Shown in pieces: positions 1 to 11,924 of a stretch of 64,000 nt of DNA; within the stretch, counting starts at the first letter, position 1, and every line of letters begins with the position of its first letter. The position numbers were made by a program, and so were the translations under genes. The notes under the pieces were generated by a model. That model was not told where the DNA came from. It worked only from the letters and a program-made list of their open reading frames with translations, and did no database searches. The DNA lies in the NCBI GenBank assembly GCA_964016885.1, contig OZ024752.1, positions 35,216,001 through 35,280,000 of the forward strand, given 5' to 3'. Source of the stretch: Eledone cirrhosa (taxonomy: Eukaryota).

Positions 1-3000
1 TTACCACTAGGCCACATATGTTCACACAACACCACAATCCAGTCCAGGAATCAAACCCACAACATTATGATCATAAGTCCAACACCCTTACCACTAGGCC
101 ACATATGTTCACACAACACCACAATCCAGTCCAGGAATCAAACCCACAACATTATGATCATAAGTCCAACACCCTTACCACTAGGCCACATATGTTCACA
201 CAACACCACAATCCAGTCCAGGAATCAAACCCATGACATTATGATCGTAAGTCAAACACCCTTACCACTAGGCCACATATGTTCACACAACACCACAATC
301 CAGTCCAGGAATCAAACCCACGACATTATGATCATAAGTCCAACACCCTTACCACTAGGCCACATATGTTCACACAACACCACAATCCAGTCCAGGAATT
401 GAACCCACGACATTATGATCATAAGTCCAACACCCTTACCACTAGGCCACATATGTTCACACAACACCACAATCCAGTCCAGGAATTGAACCCACAACAT
501 TATGATCGTAAGTCCAACACCCTTACCACTAGGCCACATATGTTCACACAACACCACAATCCAGTCCAGGAATCAAACCCACAACATTATGATCATAAGT
601 CCAACACCCTTACCACTAGGCCACATATGTTCACACAACACCACAATCCAGTCCAGGAATCAAACCCATGACATTATGATCGTAAGTCCAACACCCTTAC
701 CACATGGCCACATATGTTCACACAACACCACAATCCAGTCCAGGAATCAAACCCACGACATTATGATCGTAAGTCCAACACCCTTACCACTAGGCCACAT
801 ATGTTCACACAACACCACAATCCAGTCCAGGAATCAAACCCATGACATTATGATCGTAAGTCCAACACCCTTACCACTAGGCCACATATGTTCACACAAC
901 ACCACAATCCAGTCCAGGAATCAAACCCACAATATTATGATCGTAAGTCCAACACCCTTACCACTAGGCCACATATGTTCACACAACACCACAATCCAGT
1001 CCAGGAATTGAACCCACGACATTATGATCATAAGTCCAACACCCTTACCACTAGGCCACATATGTTCACACAACACCACAATCCAGTCCAGGAATCAAAC
1101 CCACGACATTATGATTGTAAGTCCATCACCCTTACCACTAGGCCACATATGTTCACACAACACCACAATCCAGTCCAGGAATTGAACCCACGACATTATG
1201 ATTGTAAGTCCAACACCCTTACCACTAGGCCACATATGTTCACACAACACCACAATCCAGTCCAGGAATCAAACCCACAACATTATGATCATAAGTCCAA
1301 CACCCTTACCACTAGGCCACATATGTTCACACAACACTACAATCCAGTCCAGGAATTGAACCCACGACATTATGATTGTAAGTCCAACACCCTTACCACT
1401 AGGCCACATATGTTCACACAACACCACAATCCAGTCCAGGAATTGAACCCACGACATTATGATTGTAAGTCCAACACCCTTACCACTAGGCCACATATGT
1501 TCACACAACACCACAATCCAGTCCAGGAATCAAACCCACAACATTATGATCATAAGTCCAACACCCTTACCACTAGGCCACATATGTTCACACAACACCA
1601 CAATCCAGTCCAGGAATCAAACCCACGACATTATGATTGTAAGTCCAACACCCTTACCACTAGGCCACATATGTTCACACAACACCACAATCCAGTCCAG
1701 GAATCAAACCCACGACATTATGATTGTAAGTCCATCACCCTTACCACTAGGCCACATATGTTCACACAACACCACAATCCAGTCCAGGAATTGAACCCAC
1801 GACATTATGATTGTAAGTCCAACACCCTTACCACTAGGCCACATATGTTCACACAACACCACAATCCAGTCCAGGAATCAAACCCACAACATTATGATCA
1901 TAAGTCCAACACCCTTACCACTAGGCCACATATGTTCACACAACACTACAATCCAGTCCAGGAATTGAACCCACGACATTATGATTGTAAGTCCAACACC
2001 CTTACCACTAGGCCACATATGTTCACACAACACCACAATCCAGTCCAGGAATTGAACCCACGACATTATGATTGTAAGTCCAACACCCTTACCACTAGGC
2101 CACATATGTTCACACAACACCACAATCCAGTCCAGGAATCAAACCCACAACATTATGATCATAAGTCCAACACCCTTACCACTAGGCCACATATGTTCAC
2201 ACAACACCACAATCCAGTCCAGGAATCAAACCCACGACATTATGATTGTAAGTCCAACACCCTTACCACTAGGCCACATATGTTCACACAACACCACAAT
2301 CCAGTCCAGGAATCAAACCCACAACATTATGATCATAAGTCCAACACCCTTACCACTAGGCCATATATGTTCACACAACACCACAATCCAGTCCAGGAAT
2401 TGAACCCACGACATTATGATTGTAAGTCCAACACCCTTACCACTAGGCCACATATGTTCACACAACACCACAATCCAGTCCAGGAATCAAACCCACAACA
2501 TTATGATCATAAGTCCAACACCCTTACCACTAGGCCACATATGTTCACACAACACCACAATCCAGTCCAGGAATCAAACCCACAACATTATGATCATAAG
2601 TCCAACACCCTTACCACTAGGCCACATATGTTCACACAACACTACAATCCAGTCCAGGAATCAAACCCACAACATTATGATCATAAGTCCAACACCCTTA
2701 CCACTAGGCCACATATGTTCACACAACACCACAATCCAGTCCAGGAATCAAACCCTTGACATTATGATCGTAAGTCCAACACCCTTACCACTAGGCCACA
2801 TATGTTCACACAACACCACAATCCAGTCCAGGAATCAAACCCACAATATTATGATCGTAAGTCCAACACCCTTACCACTAGGCCACATATGTTCACACAA
2901 CACCACAATCCAGTCCAGGAATCAAACCCACAACATTATGATCATAAGTCCAACACCCTTACCACTAGGCCACATATGTTCACACAACACTACAATCCAG

Positions 3001-4447
3001 TCCAGGAATCAAACCCACAACATTATGATCATAAGTCCAACACCCTTACCACTAGGCCACATATGTTCACACAACACCACAATCCAGTCCAGGAATCAAA
3101 CCCTTGACATTATGATCGTAAGTCCAACACCCTTACCACTAGGCCACATATGTTCACACAACACCACAATCCAGTCCAGGAATCAAACCCACAATATTAT
3201 GATCGTAAGTCCAACACCCTTACCACTAGGCCACATATGTTCACACAACACCACAATCCAGTCCAGGAATCAAACCCACGACATTATGATCGTAAGTCAA
3301 ACACCCTTACCACTAGGCCACATATGTTCACACAACACCACAATCCAGTCCAGGAATCGAACCCACGACATTATGATCATAAGTCCAACACCCTTACCAC
3401 TAGGCCACATATGTTCACACAACACCACAATCCAGTCCAGGAATTGAACCCACGACATTATGATCATAAGTCCAACACCCTTACCACTAGGCCACATATG
3501 TTCACACAACACCACAATCCAGTCCAGGAATCAAACCCACAACATTGTGATCATAAGTCCAACACCCTTACCACTAGGCCACATATGTTCACACAACACC
3601 ACAATCCAGTCCAGGAATCAAACCCACAACATTGTGATCATAAGTCCAACACCCTTACCACTAGGCCACATATGTTCACACAACACCACAATCCAGTCCA
3701 GGAATCAAACCCACAACATTATGATCATAAGTCCAACACCCTTACCACTAGGCCACATATGTTCACACAACACCACAATCCAGTCCAGGAATCAAACCCA
3801 CAACATTATGATCATAAGTCCAACACCCTTACCACTAGGCCACATATGTTCACACAACACCACAATCCAGTCCAGGAATCAAACCCACAACATTATGATC
3901 ATAAGTCCAACACCCTTACCACTAGGCCACATATGTTCACACAACACCACAATCCAGTCCAGGAATCAAACCCACAACATTATGATCATAAGTCCAACAC
4001 CCTTACCACTAGGCCACATATGTTCACACAACACCACAATCCAGTCCAGGAATCAAACCCACAACATTATGATCATAAGTCCAACACCCTTACCACTAGG
4101 CCACATATCTTCACACAACACCACAATCCAGTCCAGGAATTGAACCCACGACATTATGATCATAAGTCCAACACCCTTACCACTAGGCCACATATGTTCA
4201 CACAACACCACAATCCAGTCCACGAATTGAACCCACGACATTATGATCATAAGTCCAACACCCTTACCACTAGGCCACATATGTTCACACAACACCACAA
4301 TCCAGTCCACGAATTGAACCCACGACATTATGATCATAAGTCCAACACCCTTACCACTAGGCCACATATGTTCACACAACACCACAATCCAGTCCAGGAA
4401 TCAAACCCACGACATTATGATCATAAGTCCAACACCCTTACCACTAA
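1..4447 (-). repeat. 87-bp tandem satellite (about 51 units, runs off window start) derived from a tRNA-like SINE head
   Basis: Strict 87-bp period. The minus-strand unit carries TGGCCTAGTGG (A box) and GGTTYRATTCC (B box) and nearly matches the SINE head at about 29329-29394. Confidence 0.97.
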
Positions 4448-4600
4448 CACTTTATTTAGTTCTATTTTTTTTTGTTTGTTTTTGGTCTTTATAATTCATT
4501 AACTTCTTTAAGTCATTATTACAGCCAGGTTTAACACTTTTTCTTTCTGGTCATGTTGACAAAGAAATAAGATTACAGTGATTAAACTTTGTTTGTCCAG

Positions 4601-4689
4601 GTGTCTCAGTACTTAATGATTATAACTCTCCAGTTTTCTGCAGACCTTTTCAATATAATGACTACAGACTCGTTACATTAACAAGAATC
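4601..4689 (+). CDS. Candidate internal exon of an unidentified upstream gene (xVSVLNDYNSPVFCRPFQYNDYRLVTLTRI)
   Basis: tttgtttgtccag acceptor, gtgagt donor, open in phase 1 to 0, non-repetitive sequence; no homology recognised. Confidence 0.4.
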
Positions 4690-4816
4690 GTGAGTTGACT
4701 TTAAGGTGGCATAGCAATGTGTGATAAAATAGAAAAAAATATATACAGTGGATCTTCTAAAGTACCAATGCAATTTATAGCCCCCAAGTCAAATCGTGAC
4801 ATTTTACAACATTTAA

Positions 4817-5028
4817 CCCTTTAGTATTTTACCGGCTGTATCTAGCCAGAATTTCTCACCTCGTTCTGTTCAAACCGACTCTAATTAGCCACTCATACTG
4901 ATGTTAAAGTATTGTTCTTAAAATAAATAATATCAAAAGATTTGATATTATGTGAGATAATTATGTACGATAAAGCCTTTATCGTGAATGTACAATAGTA
5001 AATCTAGAGTAATGTAAAAACTAAAGGG
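4817..5028. mobile_element. piggyBac-like MITE
   Basis: TTAA|CCCTTTAG ... CTAAAGGG|TTAA ends. Same family at 6531-6937, 11365-11585, 23457-23676, 30855-31302. Confidence 0.8.
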
Positions 5029-5424
5029 TTAATGTTGCTCCTTCTAACAAGAATAGATAGTATCAGTAATTGACCTTCAAAAATTAGCAGTCAAATCTCT
5101 CTCTCAAATCATACCCAACTGTTTTCAAAAGGAAATTGGACAATGGAAATTGGACAATGTAGTTCTATGTACAGTGTAACTGAATATAAAAGGCAGTTTG
5201 ATCACGACTGGAACACATGGAATGTCTTTGATCATAGGTTTACTGGTTTATGACAATTTAGGTTTATCACAATCAAGAACCATCTAGAATAAAGGAAAAA
5301 TGGGTCACTTATTGGTAGTGGGGGAAATACATACAAAATTTAATTACTAATTAGACATGTGACTGATCACCTTATCATTAATAATCCTCATATTTCATTC
5401 TTTGTAGTAATTTCAACAACATAG

Positions 5425-5537
5425 ATATTAAATAACAGTAATAGCTGTATGCTATTATTAATCCTACTTCTTATCCTGTTGAATCTGGCTTTAGACGGAT
5501 GAATCAGCTATCATCACAAAGCCAACAACCACTTTGA
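5425..5537 (+). CDS. Candidate terminal exon of the same unidentified gene (acceptor and frame ambiguous)
   Basis: Start 5425 gives ILNNSNSCMLLLILLLILLNLALDG*; start 5445 gives LYAIINPTSYPVESGFRRMNQLSSQSQQPL*. AATAAA at 5584-5589. Polypyrimidine tracts are weak. Confidence 0.25.
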
Positions 5538-5616
5538 AATCACATCATAGAAACAGAAATGATCTTTGCTTCTAGGCTCACTGAATAAAATGTATCATAA
5601 TATTTTTGTTGCTATA

Positions 5617-6058
5617 TGAGGGTCAGCTGAAAGGTTCATAGGCTGGCTATGAAGAAGTGATGCTAGAGCATTGTTTCTTTCCAGGGACTATGTTGAAAAA
5701 TAAACCTCATTTATCATTTGGTCATTCCATGAGAGTATCTTGGTCAGCTGATAAAGGAGTGAAGTTAGAGCTGTAAAATCTTGCATGAACTAATTTCAAC
5801 TTTTTTTATTAATAACTGCATTGTTTCTTTCCAGGGACTATGTTGAAAAATAAACCTTAATTGGTCATTCCATGAGGGTATCTTGGTCAGCTGATAAAGG
5901 AGTGAAGTTAGAGCTGTAAAATCTTGCATGAACTAATTTCAACTCTTTTTCTTAATAACCGCATTGTTTCTTCCCAGGGACTATGTTGAAAAATAAACCT
6001 TAATTGATCATTCCATGAGGGTATCTTGGTCAGCCTATGAACTTTTCAGCCACCCTCC
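5617..6058. mobile_element. Tc1/mariner-like MITE with internal ~140-bp tandem duplication
   Basis: TIR-like ends atgagggtcagctgaaaggttcataggctg / cagcctatgaacttttcagccaccctc. Same family at 25347-25818 and 32078-32511. Confidence 0.7.
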
Positions 6059-6189
6059 ATAGATATAAAAGGTAATTGTTTCTACGCTAGGCACAAGGCC
6101 AGCAATTACTCAGTGCATTACTGGTACTTTATTTTATCGACCCCTTAAGGATGAAAGGCATAGATATAAAAGGTAATGATTGGCAGTCA

Positions 6190-7270
6190 TGACAAATATG
6201 TTGGTGCTAAGTTGAAGCCCTTCAATTTGGGTGGTGGACTCTGTGAAGGGTGCATACTATCAGCTTTCATGCCCTGTTCATAATCTTCATTGAACATAAT
6301 TGATATGAACAGCCGGGTTAGAAGGTGTAGGGTCAGTTGGCTGGAGTTTGCTACCATGTGCTGCATGGCATGAATGAAAATCAGTGCTGTGAAGACTGAG
6401 AGACATGTCCTCTTAAGAAAGCTTGCTTACTGCACTCTGTATGTGAGTGGAGTTTCACTGAAGCAGGTAGAGAAGTTCAATTATCTCAGGGCCTTATTCA
6501 CGAGTGGTGGAAGGCAATAGGCTGAATTAACCCTTTAGCATTTACATTATTCTGAATTGGCAGTATCGGTAAAGGGTCGGACACCATGCTTTCCAGCATA
6601 GTTACGTCCCTTTACGGTCTGAGTTCAAATCCCTTCGAAGTTAACTTTGCCTTTCATCCTTACGGGGTCGATAAAATAAAGTACCAGTAATGTACTGGGT
6701 ATTTGCTGGCCTTGTGCCAAAAGTAGAAACAATTATTCTCCATATACTATTGTATTTTTGTGGTAAAGGTTTTATGTTACATAATTACCTCACATAATAT
6801 CGAATCTACAAGATTTTGATAGTATTTATTTTGAGAACAATACCTTAATGTCTGCATGAACAGCTGGTTACAGCCAGCTTGAACAGAAAAAGGTGGGAGA
6901 GTTCTGGCTGGATATGGCCGGTTTAAATGCTAAAGGGTTAAATGAAAGAATTGCAGGAGCTGATGCACTGGAATTAAGTGTAAGAGCCAAACATGCTATA
7001 TTCAATGCAGTATTCATGCCAACCATTAGCTACGGTCATGAATCTTGGGTAGTAGACGAAAGAATAGAATTGTGAATATAAGTGGTTAAAATAGGGTTCC
7101 TCTGAAGGGTCCTTGGAATATGGTTACTTGATAGGCTGAGTATCTCAGAGATCAGAGGATCGCTCCAGGTACACCCGCTACTTCTCCGAACTGCTCGGCA
7201 GGAGATTCAGGGGTAGACCCTTCCATGAAGAAGGAAGAAATCAGCTGGCTGTCTATCAAGGTTATAATTG
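6190..7270 (+). mobile_element. Decayed RTE-clade LINE fragment interrupted by a piggyBac-like MITE (6531-6937) that itself contains a SINE (~6555-6735)
   Basis: KQVEKFNYL..., then after the MITE ERIAGA...FMPTISYGHESW, both RTE C-terminal motifs. TTAA duplicated around the MITE. Confidence 0.75.
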
Positions 7271-7640
7271 TGAAGAGTGTTTTCTCATTTATATTTTGTT
7301 ACACTACGTGTAAAATCAAACAACAGGAACACTCCGAGAAAACTGATTGAATAACATCTATGAGCTCGACTGGTGTTACTTGAGGATCCAGCTGGATCAA
7401 TTCGAGAACGATAACTTCTGATAGAACCTGCTGGATGGCATGGATGAGGGCTGCTCTGGTGACCTCCCACAGAGAAGAAGAAGAAGGAGGAGGAGAAGAA
7501 GAAGTAAAGAAGAGAAGAAGAAGAAGTAAAGAAGAAGAAGGGTAAGAAGAAGAAGATATTGAGTAGTACATTCACTAAAAACAATCCCTAACTATAAGGT
7601 CGTCTCCAAAATATGAAAGATGTTAAGTAAACGCTAATAT

Positions 7641-8450
7641 AATTGTTTCTACTTTAGGCACAAGGCCAGCAATTCACCAGTGTATTACTGGTACTTTATT
7701 TTATCGACCCCGTAAGGATGAAAGGCAAAGTCAACCTCGGCGGCACTAATATAATGCTTGTTTCACAGTTATATTGCGTCTACTAGATACTTATGGACTT
7801 TGGCAGTATCGGTAGAGCGTCAGACACCATGCTTTGCAGCATAGGGTTTATGGCCCTTTACGTTCTGAGTTCAAATCCAGCCAGGTTAACTTTGCCTTTC
7901 ATCCTTAAGGGGTCGATAAACTAAAGTACCAGTAATGCACTGGGAAATTGCTGGCCTTGTGCCAAAAGTAGAAACAATTGAGTTCAAATCCCGCCGATGT
8001 TTACTTTGCTTTCATCCTTAAGAGGTCAATAAAATAAAGAAATAAAGTACCAGTCATGCACTGGGGTCGATTTAATCCCCCCCCCCCCCAAAAAAAAACA
8101 AATTGCTGGCCTTGTGCCTATATAAGAAACCATTATTATTATTTTTGCCGAGGTTAACTTTGCCTTTCATCCTTACGGGGTCGATAGAATAAAGTACCAG
8201 TAATGCACTGGGTAATTTGCTGGCCTTGTGCCAAAAGTAGAAACCATTATTATTATTTTTTGCCATTGCGCACATATCCTCGAACTCGAGCTTATTGCAA
8301 ACCCTCACTATCCGTGTCTTTGTATTGTCCCCTACATGGTCGGCCCTTGTGGTCAATAAATGAAATTATTATTATTATTATTAGTACCAGTAATACACTG
8401 AGTAATTGCTGGCCTTGTGCCAAAAGTAGAAACAATTATTATTATTATTA
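7641..8450. mobile_element. Cluster of Meta-domain-like tRNA-SINE fragments in both orientations
   Basis: Repeated gcctttcatccttacggggtcgataaaataaagtaccag core and gctggccttgtgccaaaagtagaaacaatt tail. Confidence 0.85.
8262..8383 (+). mobile_element. 5'-truncated 3' end of the L1/Tx1-like LINE
   Basis: Matches 62852-62985 (tgtattgtcccctacatg..cggcccttgtgg..aataaatgaaat(ATT)n). Confidence 0.85.
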
Positions 8451-10419
8451 TTGCATCGTTCATTTCTGTTGTAGAATTATTTTTGCTATTTTTTTAAAAT
8501 CCATTTATAAACACCACAAACAATTTGAAACGTTTGACAAACAAGCTGGCGGCAATATTATGTTATTATGAGTAAAACATAATATATATATATAAATATA
8601 ATTCTTGGCCGGTCATTGAAAAGCCCCAATGATACTAGCTTGTAGTTTGCCAAAATAGAAAGTCGACTGTTATATTGAAGGATCGTTGAATAACGTTATT
8701 TGATACAAGATACCTAAAAAATAAATAGGTGGCGGTCATAACTGGAACGCTTTTGATCATGTCAGATAAAGCATGTCCGACCTATGACTGTTATGGTAAT
8801 GGTTGGTTTTATAGATTTTATAGATAATAAATGTTTAGGATTGTAAAACGTAATAGAGACACACCCTTACCTAGAAATAAAATACATGTTTAACTCTGAA
8901 ATATAGGTTAAATATTTGAATATTTTAAATGTTTTTTAACATCAAGTTAAAGTAGGCAAGACACCGAAACGACGGAGTCTCTATGTGGTCTCTCGATCTC
9001 TTAGAAATAGCAGCCAAATTTCGTTCAAACTTAAAATGTATATATATGTTTTTTCTTCAAGCTATTTTTTTTCTTTTGAATTCATTTACATAAATATTAT
9101 TTTGATTTCGAAATTTTATTAAATTTTCTTTTATTATGATTGAATTTATTTCCTATTTCTTCTTTTTCTTTTTTTTTTACCAAAACGATGTTTTGGTTGT
9201 TTAATTTCATTTAAATACAAAAATATCAAACTATGAAACGCAAGATCGATAACTGTAAATAATTAAAATTATAAATTATAAATAAAATTAAGCAAGAAAA
9301 CAAGACAATTTTTCTAATAAGAACGTTTACCTTTGTATAAAATCTTTAAAGAGAAGGCCGACTGCTATTCAGACAAAATATTTTGACATATTACACTTTC
9401 ACTATCTCACCACATACATATGGTATAAATCTTAGTTTAGTATTCCTTAAATTAAAACCATTCCCTTAAATATAATATTTACTATTAATATTTATTTATT
9501 TTAATTATTTTCAGTTTTATGAAATTATAAAATTATTCTTTTTTCTTTTTTTTTTTACGAAAATTCCGAAATATATTAAGGTTAAAAATAAATGTTATAA
9601 ACTCCGTAATAAAACACATGAAATACATTACTTTGGTGGGTACCTTCTATATTTTATTTGGAAATATTTACAATGTTTATATTAAACTGATTTTAAAAAT
9701 TTATTATTTATAAACTGTATACCACTTTTTTCCTTTTCCTTTCTCTCGCTTTGATCATATATTTTTGTGCATTATATTTACGAAGTTCCTAGCAATTTAT
9801 TATATGTGTTTACATTTTCATTCTGTAAGAATTATAAACAATTTGTAATGTTATTTATATTCCTGTACTACAATTGTCACTACAATACAACAAATTAGAA
9901 AGTTTAAAACATTTGATTAGTTATTTTCCATTTAATGACACGCTGTATTCATATTACAAGTAAACATCAAACATTTCCCGTTCTATATTTCAACTTTTCT
10001 CACTGTTATTTTCTACAAAAATCTTTTAAATACAATCGATACTCGTAAGCAATAGTACTTTTACCAGTTCAGTACATGCCTGTATCAGATCTTTCCATTA
10101 TTTCTTAAATCATCCAAGATCTGGCCTGAGATTGTTGTTGGCGAAACTTACATGTTGATATTTTTAAACGATTGAAAATAGTGTTAATGTAATACGCGGG
10201 AAATATTTATTTGTATATAACCTCGATGAGATTTGATAATTGAAAATGATTTTAAAAAATCTATTTTTATTCAACAAGTAAATTGTGTGTTTTAAGTTAT
10301 ATAATGTTTGTGAATTGTAAAAGGAAAACACGAATGTAACAGTCCTAAAGAAAGATGAAATGAGAGAAGGCACGAACTCTCAATCATACTCTATAACAAG
10401 GTATGTTGGTGTTGGCTTC

Positions 10420-10570
10420 TAAGACACGGGATCATAGTGGCTGATAGCGAGGCTAAGACACTGGAATAGCCAAGCACCACCACGAGCATCACCTGATACT
10501 TCAGTAAGGCGAATCGTCAACGACGTCAAAAACTTCGTCTGTGGCTCCCTAGAATGTCGTAAATATCACA
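10420..10570 (-). mobile_element. CRE-like (RLE-type) non-LTR retrotransposon C-terminal fragment
   Basis: Minus frame LTSLTIRLTEVSGDARGGAWLFQCLSLAI resembles the end of the CRE restriction-like endonuclease (R-L-x-E-x-T-G-D-x-R...WLFQRLSxAIQRGN). Confidence 0.6.
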
Positions 10571-10774
10571 GCCTGAAAAATACATTTAACCTATAAATCA
10601 CCGTAATTCAGACTTTTGGCTATGGATATAGTGACCAATGAACCTCTCTCTTTTTAATGTATTACAGTGAGTTTGAGGAGGTTTGGCTGCTAATTCTAGC
10701 AGCTCAAGCAACCACATTAAGGTTCCTTCATTTGCTTGTAACAATGAAATATTTCAGCATATATTAACAATTAT

Positions 10775-11300
10775 AATAATAATAATAATGAAATTATTGT
10801 GTACAGTGCTCAGGTGCACTACAACTCATCAAAGGTGCATGTATAGTACATAGAATAATGTAATGTACAAATGTCAGGAAAATAAACAGTGTATGAGTCA
10901 TGATATAATAACAATAACAATAATGAAATATTGTGTACAGTGCCCAGGTGCACCACAACTCATCAAAAAAGTGCATGTACAGTACATAGGGCAATGCACA
11001 AACATCAGTAAAATGAACAGTGCACGAGTCATGATACACACATGTGTGCATGTGTATGGAAGGGGTACATCAGGTGTAGTTTTGGCGTATTTCGGGAAGC
11101 ATGAGTGTCTTAAAGGATGCAGTGTCTCGGCAGCTAACAATTGACGCAGGCAGTTTGTTCCATGCTTCAGCAACTCTGAGCGTGAAAAAATGTCTGCGAA
11201 AGTCATGGGAGCTGTGCTGTTTTCTTATCTTGTAGGCATGTCCACGTGTGTTAGACACATGGAGATCAAAGAGGCACTCAGGGTTGCAGTTGGCGAGATG
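10775..11300 (-). mobile_element. CR1-clade LINE 3' end (ORF2 C-terminus plus 3' UTR, (ATT)n tail)
   Basis: TRGHAYKI...RRHFFTLRVAEAWNKLP...SFK motif. A second 3' UTR copy lies at ~26919-27165. Confidence 0.85.
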
Positions 11301-11828
11301 TGATTGTTTAGCCCCTAGTCAACTTATGAGCAGCTTGCATATTTTGTTAATATATATTACTTAAACCTTTAGCATTTACATTACTCTATATATACTATTG
11401 TATTTTTGTGGTAAACACTTAACCTCACATAATTATCTCATATAATATCGAGTCTATGAGATTTTGATGTTATTTATTTTGAGAACAATACCTTAACATA
11501 AATATGAGTGGCTTGTTACAGCCAGTTTGAACAGAAAGGGGTGAGAGAATTCTGGCCGGATGTGGCCGGTTTAAATGCTATAAGGTTAAACCCTTTCAAT
11601 ACTAACGCACCCCCAAATCACCTCTGCTTCTATTAAACTTGCCAAATCGTACCAAGCAAACAATTAGTCTTTCCAATTGCTGATACTATCTACCAGTGTA
11701 TTTTATTAGAAATATGGTAATGTAAGTCCTAGATATTATTTTTTAAGTACATATCTTTTAGAAAACTAATCTTTTTTTCTTTCTATATACAATAATAAGA
11801 GGACACCAAAAATTCTTTTGCAGCTATT

Positions 11829-11924
11829 ATGGAACCAGTACGCTTATTCTTAGAAAGTAAACACATCCAAGTACCAGTGGAATGGATAGATGCTTGTATT
11901 TGCTGGCTTCAGGGAGAACCGCAG
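11829..11924 (+). CDS. RMI1: RMI1 coding exon 1 (MEPVRLFLESKHIQVPVEWIDACICWLQGEPQ)
   Basis: ttttgcag acceptor 5 nt before the ATG, CAG|gtatgt donor; WxxACxxW motif of the RMI1 N-terminal helical bundle. Confidence 0.9.

Noticed and set aside
18-4502. Long ORFs with 29-aa repeats (up to 623 aa), and resemblance to a CRISPR array
   Set aside because: The unit length is a multiple of 3, several frames are open, and stops occur sporadically. There are no unique spacers or cas genes, and the DNA is eukaryotic.
9331-9420. Minus-strand exon of a divergent gene
   Set aside because: Donor-like site only; all frames are closed.
10140-10400. Non-coding first exon or promoter of RMI1 ending AAG|GTATGT
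   Set aside because: A 5' UTR exon must exist because there is an acceptor at 11823, but this site has no support beyond a donor-like motif, and the nearby CpG-rich patch is a retrotransposon remnant.
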